From: Aplysia californica
Taxonomy: Eukaryota
Assembly: GCF_000002075.1 (NCBI RefSeq)
Contig: NW_004797365.1
Coordinates: 896,900 to 960,899 of the forward strand
Direction: 5' to 3'
Length of the DNA: 64,000 nucleotides
Shown here: positions 1 through 12,367 of the stretch, piece by piece
How the letters are laid out: the number at the start of each line of letters is the position of its first letter
Numbering within the stretch: position 1 is the first letter of the stretch
The notes under the pieces: generated by a model
Told to the model about the DNA's origin: nothing
The model's database searches: none
The model's input: the letters and a program-made list of their open reading frames with translations, nothing else
Position numbers and translations under genes: made by a program

Positions 1-341
1 TCTTTTTTCTGGCGCTCAAACCCTGGAGGATTTAACTGTAGCTTTCACTTCCAGTAGTGCTCACAGGCGCTCGTCAAACAAAGCGAAATTTAAGAAACAG
101 GCATTTTTCCGCAAGTTTGGCTATTTTTATTGAATTTTTGTTTTTTGACTGAACACTTTTTATGTCCATATAAAGATACATTTCCGTTTACCGAAAAAAG
201 CCTTGAGTAAAGGCACAAAATATATACATTTTTAGTTTCCGAGTACTCTCAAGCTATTGCAGTTACCAAACTGTGGCAGAAATTTTCTCGCTAGTTTCAC
301 CTCTAAAACCAGCCAACCCCACCTCCTTCAATCGCAAATAT

Positions 342-1701
342 GGGGGCTCTCTCGTGGCTTAGGGGTTAAGGTGTTTGCCTCTCATTCAAAGGTCCCGGGT
401 TCAAATCCAGGTAGCGACCGAAAAATTTTTTTCTCTAAAATTGTCTCCTTTCACCTCCTTTCCTGCTCTCTAGCAATGTTCTATCGTCTGCTTTTGTCTC
501 CACTTTCTGCCCCCACCCCCTCACCTCTTTGGCCCCCTCCTTTAGGCTCCTGACTCTTTCTGCAGCTTTTCTACTGCTACTCCTTGGCTCCTTCTTACTG
601 CTGTCTTTCAGCCACACGACTGATCTTCTGGTAGGAAAAATCAACAAAATCTCAGAGGTCCCGTGTGTAAGTTGCGCATGTTAACTCTTGTCCTGCGTCT
701 GTGCCGAGATGCAAATTTTATCAGCAACCAATTACGTCGGACGTGCCGGGCAGGCCGCCGGGGTCACTCAGTGTGTACTGTTAGTGTACAGCGCGCGCAC
801 CGAGAAACGTGTGTTTTCGCCATGAATACCGCGGGAGTGTGTTAATCAATGATGAAAATAACGCTCTATCTTTCATAGCTTTCTGTTTATAAAGTGTTAC
901 AAACACATGAATAACCCCCTCTCACAAGCTGATAAGACATTATGAGTAGTTACGCCCATTCAAATAACCTTTCTGGACGCTCTTGTTGTTATGAATGACC
1001 TGAGGTTCGAAAGGGGATAATATAGGTCAATTTCCGAATGTTTTACACTCAAATTGTTCTTTGTACCTGCACAATGGTATTCAAAACTATCAAACAAGCT
1101 TATTTTTTATCAGGTAGTACCATTTGATACAAAATCAAGCTCGTTTGAAAGGTTTTGTATAGAAAAATGGAAGTCTTGTTTCCTGACTATCCTTTCGAGC
1201 TCCTCATGGCTAAGTGGGTCAATTTCTTCTATAATTTCATTGGACGAACATCTAGAGCTACCAACTTGGCATGTTTTGAATGAGACGTATGCCTCGATTA
1301 CGAACCAACACAGGCAGTTCTAGAAGAAGGCTACAAATGCACACAAACTCAAGCAGACTGATGCACACACACTTGACTTGCGTGAATGGAGATCCAACTC
1401 GTGACCCGAGTGACACGTAAGATGATGCACGCTGCGTGCGCGCTGAGCCAGGGGCTACACTGATTCGGGACTAGAACATATGCGAGGTGCCGAAATACGC
1501 TTATCGGGCTACATAAACCCAGCTCCCGCAGGACGAGGGTTAGAGATCCCTTTGTGGTCTAAAATCAATAAGGGTAGGCTTCAGACGCCACCCGGGGAAA
1601 TTCAAAATTTCCTACCAACTGAAAATGTTTAATGTGTCCTGCGCGCTCAGATGACCTTATGCAGTTACGAGCACAGTAATATACTCCCCCCCCCCCCCCC
1701 C
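342..1701 (+). mobile_element. tRNA-headed Deu/Nin-domain SINE, full length, interrupted at 685-1539
   Basis: A/B-box head (GGTTCAAATCC); colinear with the copy at 23230; 13-bp TSD caatc(g/a)caaatat at 329-341 and 1702-1714. Confidence 0.85.
685..1539. mobile_element. Non-autonomous DNA transposon inserted at TTAA inside the SINE
   Basis: TTAA-CTCTTGTCCTGCG ... CGCAGGACGAGGG-TTAG; the SINE sequence gcacgTTAAagatccc resumes on both sides. Confidence 0.85.
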
Positions 1702-2311
1702 CAATCACAAATATCTCGATTTCTTTTTAAGGTACATGAGTAACTTTTTCAACCAAAGCAAAGCAAATGAACAGGCTTTAAAATGACACCAATAACTCAA
1801 TATATTCCAAAATTAACGAGCACCTGATTCCACGGAGTTGTGTTACATGTGGCCCATTTCCCTGTCGGGCAGAATTTTTTTCGGAGTGGCTACTCGCCCG
1901 ATGTCGGGTGACTACCGCCGGGCTACTCGCCCGATCTAGGGTTTCTGCACATGTTCCGGGCGAACGAATTCGGTCGATTAGCCCCGCCTGGCCTGCGGCT
2001 TCCGGCCCTTGGGGATTTCTGCGCATTTACCATGCTCCTTTAAAATTCGCGTGATCAATCACGCAAGATTCAGTCACTCGCTCGGTCACTCCTTGTCCTC
2101 CAAGTCAAGAGTCGGATCGGTTCTAACGTGAAAGTTTGACTCTGACTGCAACTATCAGATCAAATTGACATTATTATAATACATGTCATGTATGACAGTG
2201 GGACTGGCCGTAATGTATACAATAATGACTGTATTGCACCTGGTCAGCTTGTGAACAGACACAGAGAGAAAACGACAGGAATCAATAATTTTAATAACAA
2301 AAACACCCCCC

Positions 2312-2313
2312 TC

Positions 2314-2383
<70 letters not shown>

Positions 2384-2540
2384 TTCTCGTTCTCACTCAC
2401 TCTCTCTCTCTTTCTCGTTCTCACTCTCTCTCTCTCTTTCTCGTTCTCACTCTCTCTCTCTCTCTTTCTCGTTCTCACTCTCTCTATCTCTTTCTTTCTT
2501 CTCCCCCCCCCCCCCTCCTCCTCTCTCTCTTTCTCTCTCT
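2312..2540. repeat. (CT)n-derived microsatellite
   Basis: Direct inspection; includes tctctctttctcgttctcac higher-order repeats. Confidence 0.95.
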
Positions 2541-2684
2541 GCCCGATGACAAAATTTATCGCTTTCATCTCCGTGCTACTGCTGGAACGTTTGTTTACAC
2601 TCGTATCACGGGCCGTCACGCGCTAAGAAGACGGGTTAGATCTAGCGCCCAAGTCTCGTTCAGACGCGAGATAGGTCAATTGAA

Positions 2685-2928
2685 ATATGTGAGGCGTGCT
2701 GACAAAATGAGTTACTTCTCACAATCCACAAATGGAGATATTAGCCCAAAATCAACACCAGGGCCAAATTTGTAGATTTTCTATTGATGTCGTATTCTTT
2801 AAGTAAAGCATGCCTTATATTATTTCCTAGTTAAAAATTGTAAAAACTTCATCTATAAGCGTGATGTAGCGATTTCCATAGGGCTCGAATCCGAGAAGTA
2901 ACTCATTTAGTCAGCACCCTTCACATAT
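2685..2928. mobile_element. MITE with ~35-bp TIRs
   Basis: atatgtgaggcgtgctgacaaaatgagttacttctc ... gagaagtaactcatttagtcagcacccttcacatat. Confidence 0.75.
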
Positions 2929-3243
2929 CTTGGTAGTAGTTAGACAATATTTAATAACATCATGACGCTGCATTTCTATTGCTAGTAACTTTGTCACCGG
3001 CATTCCGATGAATGATATAGAATCTAAATAATTAATGAAGGGTGATAGATCTAGGGGATCTACAACAATGTAGTCAACTCGCGAGGTAAACCTCGGAAGA
3101 CGACAAAAATAGATAATAGATGGCGGAAAAACATCATCTATGATCTATTTTGGGCCAATCGCAGAGATGTGCTAGGCGCTAGGTGCTGTCAATAGCTTCA
3201 TGTCGCTCGGAAGGCCGCGAGGCGGTGTTTACGCTACCTAATA

Positions 3244-3348
3244 CGGGGTGCCCACTACGGATGGGATGGCCCGACTCAGCTTGTTTGTTTTCAGTTTCAG
3301 GCGATTGAGTCGGGTGATCGGCCCGATCTAGCCGTAATGGGCACCCCG
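3244..3348. mobile_element. 105-bp TA-flanked hairpin MITE (Tc1/mariner type)
   Basis: TA-CGGGGTGCCCACTACGG ... CCGTAATGGGCACCCCG-TA. Confidence 0.7.
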
Positions 3349-3469
3349 TATAAGACTAAGACTAGATCTAGGTGACCGACTCCAGGTAGGCAGAAAATGC
3401 TTGCCACCAGAGGTTGCAGAAATCCCCACGGGCCAGTAGCGTCAGGGTACTTGACCGTAGTCGGTCGAC

Positions 3470-3690
3470 TAGCCTGACGCTAGCCACCCCACATCGGACG
3501 AGTAGCCTGGCGCTAACCGCCCAACATCGGGCGAGTAGCCTAGCGCTAACCACCATACATCGGGCGAGTAGCCTGGTGCTAATCACCCAACATCGGGCGA
3601 GCACCCAACATCGGGCGAGTAGCCTGGTGCTAACCACCCAACATCGGGTGAGTAGCCTGACGCCAGTCACCAAACATCAGGCGAGTAGCA
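3470..3690. repeat. 33-bp tandem repeat (~6 copies), with inverted partial copies at ~1888-1936
   Basis: Unit catcgggcgagtagcctggcgctaaccacccaa; gctactcgcccgat occurs twice at 1889-1935. Confidence 0.85.
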
Positions 3691-3801
3691 CCGGCCAATT
3701 TTTTTTTCTCACTGCGATCTTACTGTTATTGCCTCTTGTTTTATGCACAATTTACTTTTGCAAGGGTATGTTAATGTTTTTATCTTTGCCTTTGTTGTCA
3801 G

Positions 3802-3869
3802 GAAATGATGACAGAGATGTGACTGCTGAGGATCTCAAGGAATTGAAGTATCTGGAGTGTTGCATCAAG
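3802..3869 (+). CDS. CYP4: Cytochrome P450 clan 4 (CYP4V2/4C-like), internal exon; upstream exons lie outside the window
   Basis: tgtcAG|GAAATGAT...ATCAAG|GTcag; encodes (G)NDDRDVTAEDLKELKYLECCIK, the J/K-helix segment before ExxR. Confidence 0.9.
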
Positions 3870-3882
3870 GTCAGTTCAGGGC

Positions 3883-3949
3883 TGTGTGTGTGTGTGTGTG
3901 TATGTGTGTGTATGTGTATCTGTTTCAATGTGTGTGTCTGCATACGTGA

Positions 3950-3993
<44 letters not shown>
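3883..3993. repeat. (TG)n microsatellite
   Basis: Direct inspection. Confidence 0.95.
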
Positions 3994-3998
<5 letters not shown>

Positions 3999-4638
3999 CA
4001 TGCGTGAGAGTGTACATCTGTTTACATCAATGTCTATTTCATGTGCTGCAACAGACAAAAATTGTGCCTGCTTTTCCTCTTTGTTACAACAAAAATAAGT
4101 GCTCACCCAAACAACAGCTTCATGAGTGTTTTTTTCCTTCTGATAGATCCCCTATGGTTCCAGTGAGGGCTCAGGTTCCTCCTGTTTTGTCAGTAATAGG
4201 GTGTGAAACTCTTGAAAAGAATTGAAAGTGAGAAAACGCCCCCAGTGTCAGGAGTTATTATAAATGTAATGTATCAATAGCCGAGTATGGTTATCGCAGT
4301 AATTTATAAATTGCTTTCATCTAGATTAGTAGTAACTTATCTCTTTGCTTTGTCCCCTTTTTTTACACCATCATTGACATTGTCATTATAATCTTCACCA
4401 TCTTATATTACAGATTTTACTGTTGTCATTTTTGTTTTTATAGTTGTTACTGTTCTATACTGCCATTTCATCTGGGTTTTTTCCTTTTTGTTGTTGCTGT
4501 TTGTGTTTTTTATGCAGTTTCATTGATAGTCCCAAGACCAATGACCATTTCAAATGTATATTCCATAATAAATGCCATTGTTAAAGTTAAGACTATTCAG
4601 GTAACAGTCACAAGGTTATTTCACATTTTCTTTCATAG

Positions 4639-4705
4639 GAAGCTTTGAGGCTTTTCCCTTCTGTGCCTTTGTTTGCCCGATCAATCACTGGTGACCTTCA
4701 ACTTG
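4639..4705 (+). CDS. CYP4: CYP4-like exon with K-helix ExxR motif
   Basis: ttcatAG|GAAGCTTTGAGG...CTTG|GTaag; EALRLFPSVPLFARSITGDLQL; phase matches both neighbours. Confidence 0.92.
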
Positions 4706-4854
4706 GTAAGAGTCTTCCCAACCCTGATATGTCTTGGTTCTGACCCAAGGCTAACCATAATATTTTTAGAAATCATTTCCTGCTGTCTTATTATCTGATA
4801 ACTGTTAAAGGAGATAAGACTTTTTTTTCTCAGCTTAAACCAGGTTTTCTTTTT

Positions 4855-4945
4855 TTAGTTCTAGTAAGTGTTTTATGGCACTTGGAACACAATAAGGTCA
4901 TATAAGTGCCGAAGATCAGAGGTGTTACAAGAGCGTAACCAAGTT
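4855..4945 (-). mobile_element. LINE-type 3' tail fragment (family A)
   Basis: Reverse complement ctcttgtaacacctctgatcttcggcacttatatgacc...aagtgccataaaac; matches 27095-27245 and 52620-52781. Confidence 0.7.
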
Positions 4946-5806
4946 TTCTAGAAGATTGCTTCAGGTCAAATGAACAGATAAAAGAACAAATGAAATTGTC
5001 CTGAAAGAACATGATACACAGTGTAGTATGCTTTCTAAGATCACGAAAAGGAGACTCGAGTACTGTGGTCACACAAACATAAACACAGACCTGATGATGT
5101 CAAATGTTCTGTAGGACAAAGTTGAGGCAAAGACAAATAAGGGAAGACCTCCAACATGCTATTACTATTAGTATTATGATGAAAATGTTAACTTCGACTG
5201 TGGTCTACAACTTTTAAAAATAATTTATCGAAGCAGAGCTGGGGAAGATGGAGGCATGTTGTAGCAAGGAGTAGGGTACCAATGGACGAACATGGCCATG
5301 ATGACAGTTGATAGACCTGTGGGAATCATTTACTGTATCAGCTGATTTAGTGACAGACTCGGAAAGAAGCATTTAGAAATAGTTTGTGGCTTGTATTTTT
5401 CTACAATCAAAAGATGGATATGGAACCTTGTCTTTATTTGGTTATTAAATGTTAACTGCTTGTATCAATCATTTTTTTACAAAGATTCAGTTGAGTTTAG
5501 GTCAAATACGTCTTTTTGGAAAGCTTACATGTGAAGACGTCGGCGTTAGCTTGACCTTTCGTTAGAAACTATATATGCCGGAATAGAAAAAAAGTGCCTT
5601 ACAAAATATATATATATGGCTCCTTGAAAGGCAAAGGACCTCCCACTCCAGTAGAAACGACTGTCAGCTGCTCCTGGTATCTTTGAAAGAAACACAGATA
5701 TAGGTCATATATGGTTAACGTTTTGGTCTTCTGATGCATTCTCAATTCCCTTTAGATAGTAGATTGACTGGGATGTCTTGGACCGGCGTTGAATTACATA
5801 TTTTAA

Positions 5807-6152
5807 CTCACTGAAGACGTTTCTTGTTAAATACACAGGATGGCCCATAGGTTCTGTGAGACGGTTCCAGTGGAAAACGCGGGATCGTCATTCTCTATAT
5901 ATGGCATCTCTTATTTTCTTATTCGTAAATTTGTTGATCTTTGAATTTTAAACGTTTTTTAAAAAAATCATGACAAATAATCTAGCAGAAATAGAGACTT
6001 GTACTTTAGCATATTTATTGTTCTTGTGATGTTCTTCATTGTATCAAAAGGGCATTGCAATTGGTTCAATGGTTCAGATTTTATATAATTTTTTTTAAAA
6101 ACCTTCAGTCTTCGGGGCTTGTACATAGTAAAATCCTTCAGTCTTCAGTGAG
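5807..6152. mobile_element. TTAA-flanked MITE
   Basis: TTAA-CTCACTGAAGAC ... GTCTTCAGTGAG-TTAA, perfect 12-bp TIR. Confidence 0.85.
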
Positions 6153-6287
6153 TTAATCTTCCACTGGGAATTTTATTCTTGATCATTCTAGATCCTTGTC
6201 ATTAGTATAGAGAAGAACAATTGTTTCAGAATCAACAGTACCTTCTGTCCTCATGAAATAAAAACATCTTTGATGTCCTCTCCCCAG

Positions 6288-6467
6288 GAGAATACACAAT
6301 CCCCAAAGGCACTACAGTTGTTGTAGTGACCACAGCTCTTCACCGGGACCCAGAGATATTCCCTGACCCAGAAGTTTTCAATCCAGAAAGATTTTTGTTG
6401 GAAAACTGTAAGAACAGACACCCCTATGGCTATGTGCCTTTTTCAGCCGGACCTCGCAACTGCATTG
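6288..6467 (+). CDS. CYP4: CYP4-like exon with PERF and heme-binding motif
   Basis: ccccAG|GAGAATAC...TGCATTG|GTaag; EYTIPKGT...FNPERF...[11 protein letters not shown]. Confidence 0.95.
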
Positions 6468-6899
6468 GTAAGTTGGAGAGTTCCTTCAACGCAAGATTTG
6501 TCAAAGACGTAAAGAATGGAAAACCAAATAAGATGATATGAAACTATTTGAAATCAGTGTTTTTGATTTTGGAGAGATTATGTAAAGATAATGCTGTTCT
6601 GCCTCTATTTTAGGGTATGAGATTCAAAGTTTTCGTATCCCTAAACAGGAGAACAGGGTTGTTGAAGTGGTACTGATAAGAGGTCTCACTGTAAAAACAG
6701 AAGGCAACAGAGACAGAGATGGACAAAGAGTAATTTACTTACAAAGCGTTAACGTATGGGTCCTGACCTGGAGAACTGTGAGCATCATCTGCTCCTCGTC
6801 ACTCCATTAAAACCAGGACAAGCTTCAGCTATGACGTCCGTGATATAATCATTACTCTTTCCCTTTCACATAAAAGACATGAGTGGGAGTAGAGCAAAC

Positions 6900-7320
6900 A
6901 TTTGTGTCACGATGTGGTGGAATCAGGCACTCATCAATGTTTGGGCGTTATTGGTATCATCTGAAAGCATATTCATTTGCCTTGCTTTCTATGAAATAAA
7001 ACACCCATTTATCTTGAATAGAAGTCAAAATATTTGCAATTGAAGGAGGTTTCAGAGGTAAAATTATCGAGAAAATGGCCTCCAAAGTTTAGTAACTTCT
7101 ATAGCTTCAGAGTCCTTGAAAACTGAAAATTTACATATTTCATGCCATTAATCAACATGTTTCAGTAAAATTCACATGGAAATGTATTTTTTAATGGACC
7201 TAAAAGGTATTGAGCCAAAAAAAAAGAATTTGAAAGAAATTGCCAAACTGGAGGAAAAATACCAGTTTCTTCGATTTCATTATTTTAACAAGTGTCTGAT
7301 TCCACAACATCTTATTGAGT
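6900..7320. mobile_element. MITE, same family as 9570-10270
   Basis: IR gatgtggtggaatcaggcact / agtgtctgattccacaacatc; colinear with the second copy. Confidence 0.75.
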
Positions 7321-7559
7321 ATTATTTAAGCTGGTTTATTTATGTCCCCTGCATTGTCCCTGACATGCGAGGTGGAAACAGCATGCCTCCTGAATAATTT
7401 AAGTTGTGTTAATGAATGGGGCTATGTTGCCCATAAAGGCTTCATGGGCTCTGAAGGAGCATTATAATATCATTTATGTTCTAAAGATGAAATAAAAATG
7501 TTTCAAGATTTACAAACGCACTCTCCCAAACATGTTATGGTTATCATTTTTTTTTCCAG

Positions 7560-7729
7560 GACAAAAGTTTGCTTTGATGGAGGAGAAAACTGTTTTGTCG
7601 CATATATTCAGGAAGTTTTCCGTCAAGTCCACTCAGCAGAGAGAAGATTTGAGGCCTGTTGGAGACCTTATCTTGAGACCAGAAATAGGAATACTAGTTG
7701 AGCTGAAACATCGCACCAAGGCAGCCTAA
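7560..7729 (+). CDS. CYP4: CYP4-like terminal coding exon
   Basis: ttttccAG|GACAAAAG; (G)[19 protein letters not shown]...LILRP...stop TAA at 7727-7729. Confidence 0.93.
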
Positions 7730-7829
7730 GACTCAGGGACTGGCAGCATGGTATTAATGGAATCATAATGTAGCTCTCTTGTTAAATTTATATTTACCTT
7801 GTGAGTGCAGACAAATGGTGACATATTTA

Positions 7830-8601
7830 CAGCAGAACACGGTTATAGCGGGACATTTTGGTTCCAGAAGAAAAATCCCGCTGTAGGCAAGTTCCGGCTA
7901 AAGAAATGCAAAGGGGAAATTACCAAAAATTCTCTTTAAAAACATCCCTTGCATATCAATAAAATTTTCGCTTTAGATTAGTCTTCCTTTTCTTGTCAAA
8001 TTCGTTGATTATCTCTGCCTTTAATTCGAGTGAGACGCATAATTTCCTTTTGTCTTTGTTGAAAGCCATCTTTTCCTCGATCTCGTTACTTGTGCTGTCT
8101 ATCATACCGGTAGGCCTACTGTAGAACTTGTTTAGTGGATGCATGTGTATGCCTGAGCATCAACGATCGCAATTCAACGAATCAGGAATCACACACTATA
8201 TCTACTCACTCTCCTCTTCTTTTACTTTTTGGCCTAACCTAGGCCTAGGGCTATGGCCTATACGCTCTCGTACTGAGCATCTAGGCTATGGCACATAATT
8301 TTTGGAGTGGCTCACGTAACGCGTCTCTCTGCACCATCTCTCTCTGCCGCCTGCCCCACTTCACTCATCACTGGACTGGCTAATCACATTGTCGCACCGC
8401 TGACTGCCTGTTTGGAGCCCGCCTACAGCCCCCCAACCCCCTTCCCTCCTACTAGAGCTCGCTCGATCTCTCCCGCTGTATCCGAGTTCGGGCCTTTCCT
8501 TGCCCCGCTAAACCTGAGCACAGGGAATTGAGTTTACATAGTAGTAAAAAAAGGGGGGATTCCAGTAAGGTAGCGGGTGCCGCTATAGTCATGTTCTACT
8601 G
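7830..8601 (-). mobile_element. Internally deleted Tigger/pogo element
   Basis: TA-CAGCAGAACACGGTTATAGCGG ... CCGCTATAGTCATGTTCTACTG-TA; remnant KRKLCVSLELKAEIINEFDK resembles the N-terminal HTH_psq of Tigger transposases. Confidence 0.8.
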
Positions 8602-9569
8602 TATTCGGATGCACTTATTAGGAATGTTGTTCATATTCCTTAAGGAAATACAAATATTATGTTGTATGCTTTTGGANNNNNNNNNNNNNNNNNNNNNNNN
8701 NNNNNNNNNNNNNNNNNNNNNNNNNNNNNNNNNNNNNNNNNNNNNNNNNNNNNNNNNNNNNNNNNNNNNNNNNNNNTTCGACCAGGCTATTGGAGTACCA
8801 CGACTACTCCTCTCACGACGGTTCGTTGAATGTCAAAATATTTTGAATTATGGGGGGGGGTTTCTGAAAAGGGTTTGGCTTTCTCTGATCTCGTAATTTA
8901 TACTTTTAAAGAAGCGTCGAGCTAGAAGGATGAACTGAGTGATTTTGATTCTTTACGCTTGAACAATAAATGGAAAAATAGACCTGAACATAAAAATTGT
9001 AGCTGTCTAAACTCTTGCTATCAACTTCTTTTAGGATAATCAAAAGGAATAGAAACATGGTTATTTCAGATAGTGTATGTATTTCGGCGGGGAGTAGTTC
9101 AATTAACACTGTGCATGTTAAATAGGAGTTCACTTTTTGTTATGCTCTTTATGCAAATGGAGCAGCCAGGGTTCGGCCCTTTTCTCACAACTTGTTTGTG
9201 TAGTATGCGTCCAGTTAAATCTTCATGACAGGTTCTACACACACTCTCATGTTTTTTGCCCCAGGTTTTTTTAAATCTCAGGCAACGTTATTTTACAAGC
9301 ATCTTGTGTGAGAGTGACGTACATTTTACAAAATTGCTTATTAAATCGAAACAAATGAACCTCTTTTAATAGTTCGTCTTCTAAGGAAAGAACTCCCCAC
9401 CTACTAAGAGAGATTTAATTTTGACAATTGCCTAAAATCAATATAATGGCGTTGCCCTTGTAACAAAATTTGCTTGAGCCACTGACAGCAGATCATGGAT
9501 ACTGCAGTCCGGACTGCATGTCACTGGGAGAGATAAAGCAATGGCAATAATAATACTGGTATTCATATA

Positions 9570-10270
9570 TATGTGTCACGAAGCAGTGGATCAGGCGCTC
9601 GTCAATTTTTTGGGCATGTGGAGTATTGGTTTCATCTGAAAGCTGATTTATTTGCCTTGCTTCCTATTAAATAAATATTAAATATCCATCTATCTTGAAT
9701 AGAGCTCAAGATATTTGCGATTGGAGGAAGTGAGGTTGCCTAGTTTCAGTGGTAAAATTAGCGAGAAAACGGCCACCATAGTTTTAGTAGAGGGTTGTGT
9801 GGCGCTCTCAACTGCATAAGGTCATATGAGCGCCAAAGGGTGGGTGTCAACAGAGAAATCCTTACAGGGAATCAGACTTACTCTGCTCACCTCTCTAACT
9901 TCAACAGCACAAGATCTGCTTCGACTATCAAGGCACCCCGGAAATAGCGGGTTACAAGAGTGTGACAAACATACAAAAGAAGTAGAGGCTAATGACAATA
10001 GTAAGGATTAGGAAAGAAAAAGCAGCAGCACCAAAGTTTGGTAGTTCCAATAGCAAAAGTCCTTCAAAACAGAAAAATTACAGATTTTGTACCTTTAATC
10101 AATGTTTTTCAGTAAAATTCACATGGAAATGTGTTTTTGTATGGACATAAGAGAGGTTGAGCCCAAAAATAAAAATTCAATAAAAATTTTCAAACTTTCG
10201 GAAAAATCCCTGTTTCTCCAATTTCTGTATTTTGACGAGTGCCTTGATTTCACCACGCTGCCTTATACAT
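9570..10270. mobile_element. MITE (family of 6900-7320) carrying a retroposon insertion
   Basis: Colinear with 6900-7320 once 9785-10028 is removed. Confidence 0.75.
9785..10028 (-). mobile_element. 5'-truncated retroposon (tail family B)
   Basis: 11-bp TSD cacca(t/a)agttt at 9774-9784 and 10029-10039; shared ggcgctcatatgacc tail; second copy at 12368-12635. Confidence 0.75.
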
Positions 10271-12054
10271 TATTTATTTATATACTTGTACACGTCTTGA
10301 AAAGGCGTACATGTAATCTTACCATCTAGTCGGTGGAATAGTAATACCAGTAAATTATATATTTATTTACTTTGCAAGATTTGCATGCCCATGCCTTATC
10401 CCTTATGTCTTTAAAGCATTGCCTGGAGTGGAAGCTGCTGTTATCTCTCAAAAGTAATGATTTGTGTCTTGAGCAAGTATTTTCAACCAGTCTACCATGA
10501 CAGATCAAGTATGCCCCAAATGATTGACAGATATAAAAAGATTCAGATAAATGCATCATGTAAGAACCTGTTTTGTGTTTGCAAGGAGAATGTGTGGCAA
10601 TATTTTCTTCACAGAACAGAACAGTTTTTTAAAATTCTTGCACATATGTATAAAAAATATTTAAGTTATCAAATTTTATTTATTCATGAGGTTTTTGTTT
10701 GTTTCTTACGAGATCAAATTTTTTTGGAAAGCTAATCATGATTCTTGACAGTTTTAGACTCTTACTGGGAGTGCCATGACAGATAGATGGAAAGTGACAT
10801 GTTTTTGGTTTTATTTAATGAAACCCTTGAAAAGGAGTCTGACTAAATGTTTGTAGTGTTTTCACTGAAAAACACAGACTTCCTTATAAACTTGATTTCA
10901 TTTGTTTGGTTAGGGTGGAAGGGAACATGCTTCAGTGAGATGGAAGGGAGATGGTCAAGAATTGACAAAGAACAAAGGTTTAGAATTCAGTTTTAGTACT
11001 TACCTATATGTAGTATTAAAACACTCTTAATTTAACACCGCCAAGTTAAAAATGTATTGATGAAGATGGAAGGAGCATGCAAAAATGAGGAATGCAAGTA
11101 CTTGTGGTTTTTATCAAGTTTGACTGTTGATTGAAAGCATTTGTGAGAATCATGGCTGTGATTTATTTGTTAATGTTTAAAATTTAGTTCTTCTATTGAA
11201 AGAAGTTGAAGAAGTGATGACAAAATGACTTTGTTTTTGTGGTATCACTGAGATAAAATAAATGACCCTCAAACCGAAACAATTTTTTATTCTTTTTTAT
11301 ATTTTTTCTTTGCAATTTTATCATTTTGTAGAGTGTAGAGTTCATGATGCACTGTAAGTTTCAATACTGTGGTAGTATACAGTATTATGTTGTATCTGAC
11401 AGTATCCACATCTCTGTCAGTTTGATGCCAGTGGTGACCAATTCATTTTGAGCAAGAACAAAGAGCATTAAAAAGAGTAATCATCTTCAAGCATTTTTTC
11501 TGAGCTTGAATTTTTCATTGCAGTTGCAGTTTGCAAAATACTTGATTTGAAAGTCTTCCCTTCAAGTTTGTAATGTTCACGTACAAATCATTTTTAGTAA
11601 TTCCTTGGTGGTTTAGACTAGAGTAGTTTAAATGATTCCATATCTTTTCGTATTTTTAACTAGATAGGGGTATATATATAATATATATTATCTATTTATA
11701 TATATATATATATAAATATATATATATCATTGCTATTATCAAATTCTAATGTGGGGGAAACACAAAACCAATACAATTATAATGGAAACCTTTCAAATTC
11801 AATACAATTGCATTTTAAAATTCTTAATTCATTTTTATTTTTCTTCAGTGCACTTGTTTACTTCATTCATTTTTATATTAGGATGCATCAGTAAAATGTT
11901 CAATTGTACTGTATTTTGATGAATAAAGTGGAGTTTTCTGGAACAGCTATCTGGTGTTCTGCAGATTTAATTGATCTGGGTGTAGTGATAGTCATGATCG
12001 GGGGAGGGGGGCGCACTGGATGCTCAATGTGCTAAACCAGTGTTTTTATTGATA

Positions 12055-12170
12055 CAGAGGAACTCGGATTCCACAAAGTCGTTAGGCCTGACCTTCAATT
12101 TAGTTGAATCCAAGTATTCGTTATAGCAAACGTGAGGGTTTTGTGTGGATAATTATGGGCACTGAGGAAA
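12055..12170. mobile_element. Terminus of Tigger-like MITE (family of 62338-63147)
   Basis: TA-CAGAGGAACTCGGATTC...; reverse complement of 63060-63147; other end not located. Confidence 0.65.
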
Positions 12171-12367
12171 TAATTATATAAATTTGAATATAATGTATTC
12201 TACTATCTGAATCAAAAGTGACAGACTGAAGTGTCTTTAGGCCATTCCCAAGGGGGGTAGAGACATTAACCATGTTCTTATGCATAGTAGAATTGTAATT
12301 GTAAATGGGCTGATTCATAAATGTCATGCTCATAACTGCCTGAACTGCAACAGGGAACAGGGAACAG

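Noticed and set aside
2155-2775. Long ER/LS-repeat ORFs
   Set aside because: Translations of the (CT)n microsatellite.
3368-3953. ORFs with 11-aa repeats; CRISPR-like periodicity
   Set aside because: Product of a 33-bp tandem repeat with no unique spacers and no cas genes; only 3802-3869 is real coding sequence.
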